NCBI GenBank assembly: GCA_030765125.1
Contig: JAVCDD010000180.1
Location: forward strand, 7,033-71,032
DNA length: 64,000 nucleotides
Origin: Candidatus Hatepunaea meridiana
Lineage (GTDB): Bacteria > Electryoneota > AABM5-125-24 > Hatepunaeales > Hatepunaeaceae
Direction of reading: 5' to 3'
The notes under the pieces are model-generated. The model saw nothing but the letters and a program-made list of their open reading frames with translations. It had not been told where the DNA came from and made no database searches. Numbering within the stretch: the first letter of the stretch is position 1; every line of letters begins with the position of its first letter. The translations under genes and the position numbers were made by a program. This document shows positions 54,001-62,582 of the stretch, one piece after another.

Positions 54001-56562
54001 ATTGATTTCAGCGGTAGTTCAGATTTCAACATCGGTGAGTCTGAAGTTATCGACCTTGGGTTCACCACCAACTTCTACGGTTATTCTTATGATTGTATTA
54101 CCGTTGGTACCAACGGCTTCATCGCCCCGGGTGATCAGGGTGAAATCACCAACTTTATGAATTGGCCTATGGATCGGGCTATGGGTGGCGGCTGTGGAAT
54201 GATAGCTCCTCTATGGGATAATCTTAGACTAAGCGGTAATGATGCTGGTATTTACTATTACTATGATGAAGACCAGGGACGGTTTATTGTCGAATGGTAC
54301 AAACTGCGGCATAGAACTGGCGGGAATACGGATCTGACTTTCCAGGTAATACTTTACGACAGCGATGTATGGAGAACTGTAACCGGAGATCAGAACGTTC
54401 TTTTTCAATATAAAAGCGTTTCCAATGTAAGAGGGAATCAAGATCACGATTCTTCACCGACACCTTATGAGAACGCTTTTGCTTCTGTCGGCATCTCAAG
54501 TCCTGACGGCTTTGGTTTAAGCTATTCATATAAAGACGAATACCCAACCGGGGCAGCGGCATTAGCAAATCGCAGAGCGATCCTGTTCACGACGTCGCTC
54601 GTATATAAGAAAGGCGACCTTTTTGGAGAAGTCCTGGATGTGGCAACCGGTGATCCGATTCCCGATGTAACAGTCTATACCGAACACGGCTTCATCGGAA
54701 CTACCGATGAGGATGGGCAATGGATAATCGAGGAGGCTCTGGCAGAGATACACTTTGATATAACTGCATCGTTATTCGGGTATAACGATTCAACCTTAAC
54801 CGATATGGAAGTCGAAGAGGATGGTGAACTTGAAATTAATTTCTCTCTTCTCCACCCTGAATTCACACCGTCTATTCGTTCAATCGTTCATTATCTGGAT
54901 CCGGATCAAAGCTGGGTGTATAATTTCACTGTTGAGAATACGGGCAATGGGATAATGACGTGGGAACTGGATAGACGACTGCCGCTCGGTGCAGACGTGG
55001 AACCATGGGAACACCGTCTGTCCTATCCGGTTGGTCAAACGATAAATGACTCGCGAATTGAAGGTGTTGTGTTTTTTGATGGAAGATTTTATATATCCGG
55101 TTCCAATCAAGTTGGCAGAGAAAACGGTCCAAATATGATATATATCCTTAATCAGGAAGGTGAGGAAATAGACAGGTATGAACAGCCGTGTGATTCGAGT
55201 TCAAGATACGGTATGCGCGACCTTGCATATGATGGGGAACTGCTGTGGGGATCCGGTGAACGCAATGTATATGGATTCGTTCCGGAAACCGGAGAAGTAG
55301 TTGATACTATCGAGGGTGAATATTCTTCTCAGCAGGCGCTCGCCTGGGATACTGATCGGGAAATTCTCTGGACAAGCGGCATCACCAGCCAGGAAATCAT
55401 CGGTTTCAACAATAACGGTGAAGAGGTTGCTGACCTTCCGCGCAACGGTTTACGCATATATGGCTTGGCTTATTGGCCTGAAGACCCGGACGATCATCCT
55501 CTTTACATCTTCCACAGCCCGGGTGATGGAAGATCGGTCATTCATAAATACAACACTGTTGAAGAAGATACAATGTTTGTCAGGGAGTTGCAGCTGGAAC
55601 AAGGTGGCACGCCAAACGGCGCTTATGCAACTAACCAGTTCGACGTGTACAGTTGGGTATTTATGAACATAGCGAACGAAGGCGCTAATGACAGGATTGA
55701 CATCTGGCAGCTTGAAGCAAATCGCGACTGGTTCCGAGTATCTATGGATACCGATACCGGACACGTTCAGGCAGAGCACGGAACGGTTGAAGCAACCTGG
55801 GATAAGGAATTCACCTTAACACTTGATACAAGGGATCTGCCTGACTCAGTTGAATTCGAAGGCTATCTGATTTTTCGTCATAACGCCGGTATAGGTGTTG
55901 ATACAATCAATGTAATATTGGACGTTATCGGACCGGAACAACCTTTACCGTTCAGACTGCTCGTTCCCCGCAACGGTTCAGCTATTGATGCAAACGTTGA
56001 CGACACCGAGATGACGTTTGGCTGGGAACCTTCGGTTGATTATAATCATAACGATACTTTAAGATACCTTGCCTGGTTTAAGAGCGGTGATGATTCTACT
56101 ATGTTCAATACTGAGAACAACGTTATAACGCTTGACATCGCTGAAATTGCAGATAGTCTTGAACTATCGATAGAAGATGATTTTATCATAGACTGGTGGG
56201 TTAAGGCTATATCCGGTGAGGATACGGTTGCTTGTAATGATATTTTTATGTTCTTTTTCACACCTAACGCTACTGACGAATACGGAAACATACCGGTAGA
56301 ATTCGGTTTGCAATCAATCTATCCTTCACCGTTTAATTCAATGACGACGGTAAGATTCGGAATCGACCGTCCTGCGTCAGCGACGCTTCAGATTTACGAT
56401 CTTCGCGGGCGCGAAGTTACTACATTATATAATAATCACAATTCCTCAGTTGGTTATCACAACGTAGTCTGGGATGCATCATCAATGCCATCAGGACTGT
56501 ATATAGTTCGTCTCGAATCCGAAGGGCGGGTGCAAACGAAGAAGATTGCTCTTGTTAGATAA
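51070..56562 (+). CDS. Gingipain-like (peptidase C25 family) multidomain protein with propeptide-like N-terminus and T9SS C-terminal sorting domain
   Basis: A 1830-aa ORF with signal peptide MNRLTLSLLLSLILTSYTTAYE. GKPLLPAINRFVVVPP...VRMVKITTYPIQYNP is C25-propeptide-like. HYCVVTNSLCLQYIQPFIEWRRKSGYKVDIISL...YLLLVGD is C25-like. It also has a CarboxypepD_reg-like segment, a propeller-like region and the CTD IYPSPFNSMTTVRF...GLYIVRL...KIALVR (56308-56559). Confidence 0.8.
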   Translation: MNRLTLSLLLSLILTSYTTAYEGPTSSADPHAAIISSSDQAIRIGFELADLEVREVVKDDETFDAHILTGEGTTYDYGKPLLPAINRFVVVPPQSALELVIEADEPRCMPASNPPALCTNDNITGSIWGNLRENAVYPPVIAEMSEPTIIRGVRMVKITTYPIQYNPVTNEYLHRDHIRTEIQFSDGDPINPVEHPERRHRSQTFLKVIENMAINGDQVRRDQPPDVEPPYVGHYCVVTNSLCLQYIQPFIEWRRKSGYKVDIISLSGGSATNANGIKNAIQNLYDEYDENGIDPFEYLLLVGDRSAYSYSPPVGWQLAAPAGNSSWGGAPHADYELGLLEGNDIHPDVGIGRWWVGQPDKLQLAVGRTLNYEATPYMDDTDWFNAAGAFSQHWGNQANIAWHITIHTTVRWGKEVLEHLGYEDVRTYERYQHDQMGGEIGPVLTRWFNDGMSIMVGRGELYNWRNSFGGVNNRNVNPIFITFSGHGEWACEAMTRTGNGNNTIGPVNMTCGWGWSVIPTTNAMWLELVNAVLVKDIPMGWAYCSAITLFELYFPNVAAHRNTMLYPNIKTDNIHFGDPGILPWIGVPRVVEADFPETITDHTSTILVHVSEGENDTAVEGAQVTLYAPGDIPDADDNDYAEYDDISMLTTLSDEDGNARFVLEDDFILENGTTAYITVTGRDIKPYFGEIDIEDPDVAIEIAEYELIEVDGNDDDEVNPGETFRLEITAANVGGDETAEDVTAVVRTLSSWIEVENRDITFGDIEEGEEVEGDGEVNLIISPACPDGASRPITRPEILITFASDDIEWESAIVLTPEAPNYEVKEIVGNDILEVGARDFDVEIENIGSQNGPAVTAELFTIGMGASVVNSESSYPSIRTGRSSRLSGNDFIISGNRLSVPGYINEMMLIFTTEDGFNDTAYFEIQVREPMDNTPIGPDPYGYICFDDTDEGWDISPAYRWVEISPREDEFDFRGERIDFSGSSDFNIGESEVIDLGFTTNFYGYSYDCITVGTNGFIAPGDQGEITNFMNWPMDRAMGGGCGMIAPLWDNLRLSGNDAGIYYYYDEDQGRFIVEWYKLRHRTGGNTDLTFQVILYDSDVWRTVTGDQNVLFQYKSVSNVRGNQDHDSSPTPYENAFASVGISSPDGFGLSYSYKDEYPTGAAALANRRAILFTTSLVYKKGDLFGEVLDVATGDPIPDVTVYTEHGFIGTTDEDGQWIIEEALAEIHFDITASLFGYNDSTLTDMEVEEDGELEINFSLLHPEFTPSIRSIVHYLDPDQSWVYNFTVENTGNGIMTWELDRRLPLGADVEPWEHRLSYPVGQTINDSRIEGVVFFDGRFYISGSNQVGRENGPNMIYILNQEGEEIDRYEQPCDSSSRYGMRDLAYDGELLWGSGERNVYGFVPETGEVVDTIEGEYSSQQALAWDTDREILWTSGITSQEIIGFNNNGEEVADLPRNGLRIYGLAYWPEDPDDHPLYIFHSPGDGRSVIHKYNTVEEDTMFVRELQLEQGGTPNGAYATNQFDVYSWVFMNIANEGANDRIDIWQLEANRDWFRVSMDTDTGHVQAEHGTVEATWDKEFTLTLDTRDLPDSVEFEGYLIFRHNAGIGVDTINVILDVIGPEQPLPFRLLVPRNGSAIDANVDDTEMTFGWEPSVDYNHNDTLRYLAWFKSGDDSTMFNTENNVITLDIAEIADSLELSIEDDFIIDWWVKAISGEDTVACNDIFMFFFTPNATDEYGNIPVEFGLQSIYPSPFNSMTTVRFGIDRPASATLQIYDLRGREVTTLYNNHNSSVGYHNVVWDASSMPSGLYIVRLESEGRVQTKKIALVR

Positions 56563-56567
56563 TGTTT

Positions 56568-56599
56568 GTGGTGTCGTGGTGTCGTGGTGTTGTGGTGTC
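56568..56599. repeat. Octanucleotide tandem repeat (GTGGTGTY)4 just after the 1830-aa gene stop
   Basis: Units are gtggtgtc (56568-56575), gtggtgtc (56576-56583), gtggtgtt (56584-56591) and gtggtgtc (56592-56599). Confidence 0.85.
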
Positions 56600-56610
56600 G
56601 GGATTTAAGG

Positions 56611-56660
56611 GTAGGACAGACATTCCTATCTGTCGGTAGGTTGGACACTCCTGTCCGACA
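56611..56660 (+). repeat. Two tandem REPs with GTAG heads (type 1 then type 2)
   Basis: GTAGGACAGACATTCCTATCTGTC (56611-56634) is followed by GTAGGTTGGACACTCCTGTCCGACA (56636-56660). Confidence 0.8.
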
Positions 56661-56884
56661 ATCATCGTGTCAGACAATCCCGAAGTTTCGGGATGACCTA
56701 CTGGAAAGTTTTAATCAAGATGGACACTTTTTAGAAACCAGCAGGCGTTTTGCTTGCTGGTTTTTTTATTAGCTTCTGTTTTATCTGATAAAAATGTCTT
56801 CGCAACTCTGTTTAATTCTTGGTAAGCAGGAGTTTTTTATATTATATTATAGAAACAGACGTTCAAGAACAACCGGAGAATAAA

Positions 56885-59800
56885 ATGTCCAAAAAAACCA
56901 TTCTTTTATTAGCATTTATAATCTTTTTAACATTAACCCTTTTCAATCAGGGGTATACAACCACCCGCCCAACGGGATTGTCAACCGGATCAAACGAATT
57001 CGCTCAAATCTTATCCCAATCCGGTACGGATCTACATATAAGATTCACACCACCGGCATCGCATAAACGGCTTCTTGATGAAATCACAGCATCGCAAAAT
57101 CAGAACATCACGAATCTTGCCTACACCTATTGGTTGGTCGTTCCGCCAATGGATCATGTTGAACTCGAAATAGTTGAGCAGAATGGACGGCGGTTGTCAA
57201 TCTCGGACAGGGATGCACCTGATCCGTACATAGATAGAGAAGATGTAAAAATTCAGACAGACAAGTATTATCCTCCAGCTCCTGTAATAATGGGCAAACC
57301 GCAGATTATGCGCGGTATCAGGATGGTTCCGATAACAGTTTTTCCAATACAGTTACTACAGGAATCATCACAGGCAGGGACGCCTGTGTCACCCGATGGT
57401 ATACAGAAATCACAGCATCACAACATCACAACATCACAACATCAAATTGCTGTTGAAAACAGTCAGATTGAAATAAAACTCAATTTCACTAATGACGAAG
57501 CAATAAATCCTTTATTGAATTCTGCCCCTCGACAGATGTCGCACAGCTTTGCCAATATAATCAATTCCTACACACTCAATCCCCCACCCCACTTGATCCC
57601 TCGACGGGATCTGGCAGCGACGGAACTCGCCAAATCGCTGATCCTGTACCCTCAAGTCTTTGATGATAACGAGGATGCCGCGGAAGCTATGATATGGCTC
57701 AATCATCTGGTTCATTGGAAGCGCCGACAGGGTTACTATGTTGAATTGGCAGCAGTTGAAGTCGACCGTGAAAACGAAGATAACAGCGATGATATAAAGG
57801 ACTTGATCGGTGACTACTATGAGGATGGTTTTGAGTTTGTAACCTTGATTGGCAACGAAGATTACGATGAGCTTAATACCGTTGAAGGAAACAATACCGA
57901 ACTCTATTTTCCATCCTGGATGTTTATCATCCGCGTTGTTCAGGATACTCTCGGGAATGACGTTATCATCCGGGGTTATCGCGAGCACGAGTATTCGCTG
58001 CTCGAAGGTGACGACGAGATGCCTGACATTATCATCAGCCGTATCAAAGTTCCCACTTACGACAGGCTTGTCGGTGCGCTCCGGAAAACTATCGCATATC
58101 AAATTGACCCGTATCTGGATAATGATAATGACTGGTATTCACATTCTCTGGTTACGATTGAAGAAGACTCGATTGGCATTATTGTCCTTTCCCCTGAATA
58201 TTTATCGCTGGCATATTGGGAACAAGCTCGGCTCACACAAAAAGGATATAATGATATTGATGTTATCCTCGGTCCTGTAGGATCATTTGAAGATGGCGTT
58301 TACGTTGGAGATGACATTAAAGAAGTACTTGAAGAAGGCGTTTCATTAGCATTAGGAGAGGGCTGGCTGTATGATTGTGTTGCACATCGTAACTGGGAAC
58401 AATGGGAAGATTACGCTGAAACCGGAAGGATGCACCCATTTGTCATCGCTAATCTATCCTATTACGAGCAACAGGTAATGTATCCGTTCTATGCTTCCGG
58501 AACTTCAGACAACCTGAATGGTCCTATCGCGGGATTGGGCATCTACGATACAGGAGGACGCTCAGTATATATGACTCATATAATCGGAAGCGCGCTTATG
58601 GCGATGACAATGAACGATGTTTATACACCCGGACATCTTCAGATTATTACAAAGATGTATCTGTCAGGTCTCATTGACAGTGTAAGAATCTACGAAGAGG
58701 ACCCGGAAGAAGCTTATATTAGCGGGATTATCACAGCCTTACGCCTCCATTGGACATTAGGAGATCCGACGGTTGACGTCTTTTCAGAATTTCCCGTTCA
58801 GATAACCGTTGATCATCCCGAATCATATCTAATTGGTGAAACATCAATAATACTAAATGTAATAGATGATAATGATAATAACGTTGCCGATGCTAACGTT
58901 TGCATTTATCAGGAAGATGGCATTCATTATGTAACCCAAACAAACGATGCAGGTATGGTAGTCTTCACCATCCCAGGAGATGGGCTCGAAGAAGGTGAAC
59001 TACTGATAACCGCCAGCAAACACAACTGCATACCATATCTTCCTCCCGATCCTGTACCTGTGAGAACGGGTAATATTAATCTTGTGCTTGAAGATGCTGG
59101 TTTCGACGATGAAGACAACGGCGACGATAATGATGATCACTTTCGGAACGGCGAAGAGGTCGTGCTGATTCTTACGCTGACTAACACCGGCGATCAGGAT
59201 GCGGAAGGCGTCTCTGCAACTCTTAGCTGCGACAGCGAATGGCTCAGTTTCTCACGGGAAGGAATTGAATTCGGGGATATAGATTCGGATGAAACGACTA
59301 CCTATCAAGGTGATCAGGTTATAATGACCCTTGATATGGACTGCCCTGATCGTTCTCTTCTACGAATCCAGGCAGACATTAATATTGATGAGGAAACAAT
59401 TACATCCGTTGCTTTTGAAATCACTACCTACGGACCGAAGCTCTTTACCGCACCACATCTGATTGATGTTGACGAGGGTTTTGTTGGGGGCGGAGAGAAT
59501 GCTTCTTTTTCACCGACTATTCAAAATCTGGGCAGGACAGGAATATCAACATTCACTGCTGAATTAGTAAGTCTCAACGAACTTATCACCGTTACTGAAG
59601 CTGAACGTAACTATGGTGCTATTGAGCCTTGGCTGGATCCTGAAGAGGATCCAGACGAACAATCGCCGAATGAACCGTTCATTATTGATTTTGACGAACT
59701 TTTCGTAGCTGGAAATGAAGCACGATTCGAACTGCGAATATCTGCTGAGGATGACTATGATACAACAATGATAATCTCCAAGTTCGTTCCCAGTCGTGAA

Positions 59801-62233
59801 GCCGGTGAACCGATAGGACCGGATGATTACGGTTATATATGCTTTGACAGTCAGGACGAAGACTGGTTTGAAAGTCCTTTCTATTACTGGTATGAAATTA
59901 ATAGTGATGTTGAAGATCACGAATTCCAGGGCACAAAGCTGGATTTTCAACCTGATGCCAATGCGCGCTGGAATGATGCTGAAGTTGTCGAACTCCCATT
60001 CACATTCCAATACTATGGTGATGATTTCGATAATATAACCATTTGCACCAACGGCTTCATTACCATTGGAGATGTCGACACCTTCTTCTATTCACCAAAT
60101 AACCACCAGATACCCGACTATGCTGCACCCGATGGTCAGTTATGTATTCTTTGGCAGGATATTTCCTGCGTGCGACCGCTATACACCGGAGTTTATTACT
60201 ATTATATAGAAGAGGAAGGTGTCTTTGTCGTGGAATGGAGCAATGTTCAAATATGGAGTTCAGATGGTGTCCATAACGTTACTTTCCAAATACTTCTATT
60301 CGATCCTGAATTATATCCAACTGCAACGGGGGATGGTGAGATCGTCTTCCAATACCAGCAATTCCAGGCAATAGAAGGCGCCGATTACCCTCGCTACTCC
60401 ACAATCGGTATTCGAAACCTCGATGGCAGTGGAGGTCTTCAGTACGCTTTCTGGAACCATTATGTCGATCAGGCAAATCCCATTGAGAATGAGTTTGCGA
60501 TTAAGTTTACTACAGCAACCGAGAATGAATATGGATCCGTAGTGGGTCGTGTAGTTAGACTTGAAGATGAGAATGCTGGATTAGAGAGTGTTAGAATAAG
60601 CAGTCTGCGCTTCAGTTCGGTTTTCAGCGATGAGGATGGTTATTTCCGAATCAGAAACCTGCGAACCAGCCGTTTCAATGATGTAAGAGTCTTAAAAGAG
60701 GGCTTCAATACTCGTTTCATTGAGTTTGACATTGCACCCGATGAAGAAACAAACGTCGGGAATGTTACTCTCGCCCACCCGGAATTTTCAGTCGAAACAA
60801 GCCCTGAAGAAGCAGATACACTCTACCTTCGACCTGACGGAACACAACTGCATCTTCGTGTGAATATTGAGAACGATGGCAATGGCGCTTTAGATTATCA
60901 AATCGGTATAGTCAATCACGACGGCAGTGATCTCGATTACGATAACGTTCAAAATATAGGTCTACCCCAAGTGCTTAACGAACCGAGGTGTTACGGCGCT
61001 GTTTATGTGGATTCCCTCTTTTACATCCCAGGCACTAACAGGCACATTAACAACAATGAAGGCGGTCATCTTATTTACGTCATCAATCAGGCAGGAGAGT
61101 TTGTTCGCAGCTTCGAACAACCAATGGCGGAAATCGATTCCAGTGCGAACGGTTTTAATAATCTTGCCTGGGATGGTGAGTATTTATGGGGAGTTGTTAA
61201 AGACTATACCGGTGAGGAAAGAGGACACCTATTTCGCTTTGATCTTGATGGTAATGAAAACCTTCGCATTGTCAACCCGTTTGACCGTTACATGGGGCTG
61301 TCAATAGCAATCAATCCGGAAACCGGTAATCTCTACCTTGCAGATCAAGGTACCGGAGTGGTTGAATTCGAGATCGATAGCTGCAACAACCTTAACGAGG
61401 TCAATCGCTTTTCCATTCACCGTCCCTCATTGGAAGTGCGTATTGTTGGAATTGGCTGGAACGAATATGACCCGGACGGTATGAAGTTGTATTTACTCGA
61501 AAAACAGATGCCGGTTGAAGGTGAATCAATACCAATGCTTCTGAAGATGAACCATGAGACCGGGGAATGGAGGGAAGCTAACCAACTTTACTACACGAGA
61601 GATGCTCCTGCACATCGCGGAATGGCGATTATTCACAACCTTAGCTATGAACGTTCTATGATTGCTATTGTAGAAGACTTTGGCGGTGGTCGTATGGATA
61701 CAGCACGTGACAGCCTGCGCATTTATGAGATCGGTCCAAATTTATCCTTCCTGACAGATGGAGGTATTAGTAACAGGTTGGGAACAATTAATGCAGGAGA
61801 GCAAGGTCAAGCCGGTTTGTTAATGGATGTGAATGGCTGGACTGAGTATAGTTCCGTTTCATTTGGCATCAGGATTGACCACAACGCTGCTGAAGAGGCT
61901 GCTATTATTCCAATTGTATTAAATGTGGATCCAACCACATTCGGATCGAAGAACAATGCTTCTAAACCAACCGATTTCGGGATAACATCCGTTTATCCGA
62001 ACCCGTTCAATTCCGTTGTCAGGATTGAATTCTACATAGACGCCGCTATGCCGACAGCGCTGAAGATATTCGATCTGACAGGTCGGGAAGTAAAAACGCT
62101 ATACGAAGGATTGCCAGAGGTTGGCTATCATCAATTGATATGGGATGGAGCTAAGACTGCTTCCGGCGTGTATTTCTTAAAACTTGAATCGGAAGGACGA
62201 GTGAAGACGGTGAAGATGGCAATTGTGAAGTAA
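56885..62233 (+). CDS. Second gingipain-like (C25 family) paralogue with T9SS C-terminal sorting domain
   Basis: The track ORF starts at a TTG (56819). I prefer the ATG at 56885, which gives MSKKTILLLAFIIFLTLTLFNQG (signal-like). The domain order matches the 1830-aa neighbour: propeptide-like, C25-like (FVTLIGNED..), DxYGYICFD domain, CarboxypepD_reg-like, propeller-like. The CTD, VYPNPFNSVVRIEF...GVYFLKL...KMAIVK, spans 61982-62230. Confidence 0.8.
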   Translation: MSKKTILLLAFIIFLTLTLFNQGYTTTRPTGLSTGSNEFAQILSQSGTDLHIRFTPPASHKRLLDEITASQNQNITNLAYTYWLVVPPMDHVELEIVEQNGRRLSISDRDAPDPYIDREDVKIQTDKYYPPAPVIMGKPQIMRGIRMVPITVFPIQLLQESSQAGTPVSPDGIQKSQHHNITTSQHQIAVENSQIEIKLNFTNDEAINPLLNSAPRQMSHSFANIINSYTLNPPPHLIPRRDLAATELAKSLILYPQVFDDNEDAAEAMIWLNHLVHWKRRQGYYVELAAVEVDRENEDNSDDIKDLIGDYYEDGFEFVTLIGNEDYDELNTVEGNNTELYFPSWMFIIRVVQDTLGNDVIIRGYREHEYSLLEGDDEMPDIIISRIKVPTYDRLVGALRKTIAYQIDPYLDNDNDWYSHSLVTIEEDSIGIIVLSPEYLSLAYWEQARLTQKGYNDIDVILGPVGSFEDGVYVGDDIKEVLEEGVSLALGEGWLYDCVAHRNWEQWEDYAETGRMHPFVIANLSYYEQQVMYPFYASGTSDNLNGPIAGLGIYDTGGRSVYMTHIIGSALMAMTMNDVYTPGHLQIITKMYLSGLIDSVRIYEEDPEEAYISGIITALRLHWTLGDPTVDVFSEFPVQITVDHPESYLIGETSIILNVIDDNDNNVADANVCIYQEDGIHYVTQTNDAGMVVFTIPGDGLEEGELLITASKHNCIPYLPPDPVPVRTGNINLVLEDAGFDDEDNGDDNDDHFRNGEEVVLILTLTNTGDQDAEGVSATLSCDSEWLSFSREGIEFGDIDSDETTTYQGDQVIMTLDMDCPDRSLLRIQADINIDEETITSVAFEITTYGPKLFTAPHLIDVDEGFVGGGENASFSPTIQNLGRTGISTFTAELVSLNELITVTEAERNYGAIEPWLDPEEDPDEQSPNEPFIIDFDELFVAGNEARFELRISAEDDYDTTMIISKFVPSREAGEPIGPDDYGYICFDSQDEDWFESPFYYWYEINSDVEDHEFQGTKLDFQPDANARWNDAEVVELPFTFQYYGDDFDNITICTNGFITIGDVDTFFYSPNNHQIPDYAAPDGQLCILWQDISCVRPLYTGVYYYYIEEEGVFVVEWSNVQIWSSDGVHNVTFQILLFDPELYPTATGDGEIVFQYQQFQAIEGADYPRYSTIGIRNLDGSGGLQYAFWNHYVDQANPIENEFAIKFTTATENEYGSVVGRVVRLEDENAGLESVRISSLRFSSVFSDEDGYFRIRNLRTSRFNDVRVLKEGFNTRFIEFDIAPDEETNVGNVTLAHPEFSVETSPEEADTLYLRPDGTQLHLRVNIENDGNGALDYQIGIVNHDGSDLDYDNVQNIGLPQVLNEPRCYGAVYVDSLFYIPGTNRHINNNEGGHLIYVINQAGEFVRSFEQPMAEIDSSANGFNNLAWDGEYLWGVVKDYTGEERGHLFRFDLDGNENLRIVNPFDRYMGLSIAINPETGNLYLADQGTGVVEFEIDSCNNLNEVNRFSIHRPSLEVRIVGIGWNEYDPDGMKLYLLEKQMPVEGESIPMLLKMNHETGEWREANQLYYTRDAPAHRGMAIIHNLSYERSMIAIVEDFGGGRMDTARDSLRIYEIGPNLSFLTDGGISNRLGTINAGEQGQAGLLMDVNGWTEYSSVSFGIRIDHNAAEEAAIIPIVLNVDPTTFGSKNNASKPTDFGITSVYPNPFNSVVRIEFYIDAAMPTALKIFDLTGREVKTLYEGLPEVGYHQLIWDGAKTASGVYFLKLESEGRVKTVKMAIVK
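57369..57448 (+). repeat. In-frame insertion in the second C25 paralogue: CACAGGC-AGGGAC-GCCTGTG hairpin plus (ATCACAAC) octamer array
   Basis: The hairpin spans 57369-57388, and its core caggcagggacg recurs intergenically at 35425-35436 (and as caggcagggtcg at 35212). The octamers are atcacagc (57409-57416), atcacaac x3 (57417-57440) and atcaaatt (57441-57448). The region codes SSQAGTPVSPDGIQKSQHHNITTSQH, about 25 aa absent from the aligned position of the 1830-aa paralogue. Confidence 0.7.
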
Positions 62234-62250
62234 ATAATATTTAGAAAATG

Positions 62251-62552
62251 TTAAATTGCTGTATTGTTATATTGCTTTATCGGTTATGCCTTTAGCTCAG
62301 CAATGTATAAACCTAATAACACCGGAGTAGCGCAGCTTGCTGCGCGTCCACTTAACAATACCGGAGTAGTAAAGCTTGCTGCGTTCTTGCACTGTGGCGC
62401 ATGCATGTCTGCTTGCGAGCGCGCAGCAAGCTGCGCTACTCCGGTTGAGCTAAAGGCATAACCGATTGCTTTATTGCTGTTTAACAATATAACAATACAG
62501 CAATATAACAATACAACAATTTAACAATGAGACAATCAAACAATTCTATTTA
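62251..62552. repeat. ~300-bp composite inverted-repeat element between convergent genes: octamer arrays + three GTAG-CGCAGCTTGCTGCG REPs
   Basis: The outer arms are ttaaattgctgtattgttatattgctttatcggttatgcctttagctca (62251-62299) and tgagctaaaggcataaccgat...caatataacaatacagcaat (62447-62505). REPs lie at 62327-62345 (+), 62366-62383 (+) and 62421-62439 (-). Octamer arrays are (ATTGYTNT)3 at 62255-62278 and (AACAATNN)8 at 62483-62546. Confidence 0.75.
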
Positions 62553-62582
62553 ATCCGCTAAATCTAATATGAATTTCTTTCA

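Noticed and set aside
56819-56884. TTG-initiated 22-codon N-terminal extension of the second C25 paralogue
   Set aside because: The ATG at 56885 is followed directly by a typical signal peptide, and the extension has no such features.
62264-62511. 65-aa (+) and 75-aa (-) ORFs with near-identical peptides (GYAFSS...GVAQLAAR)
   Set aside because: They are a mirror-image artefact of translating both strands of a large inverted repeat.
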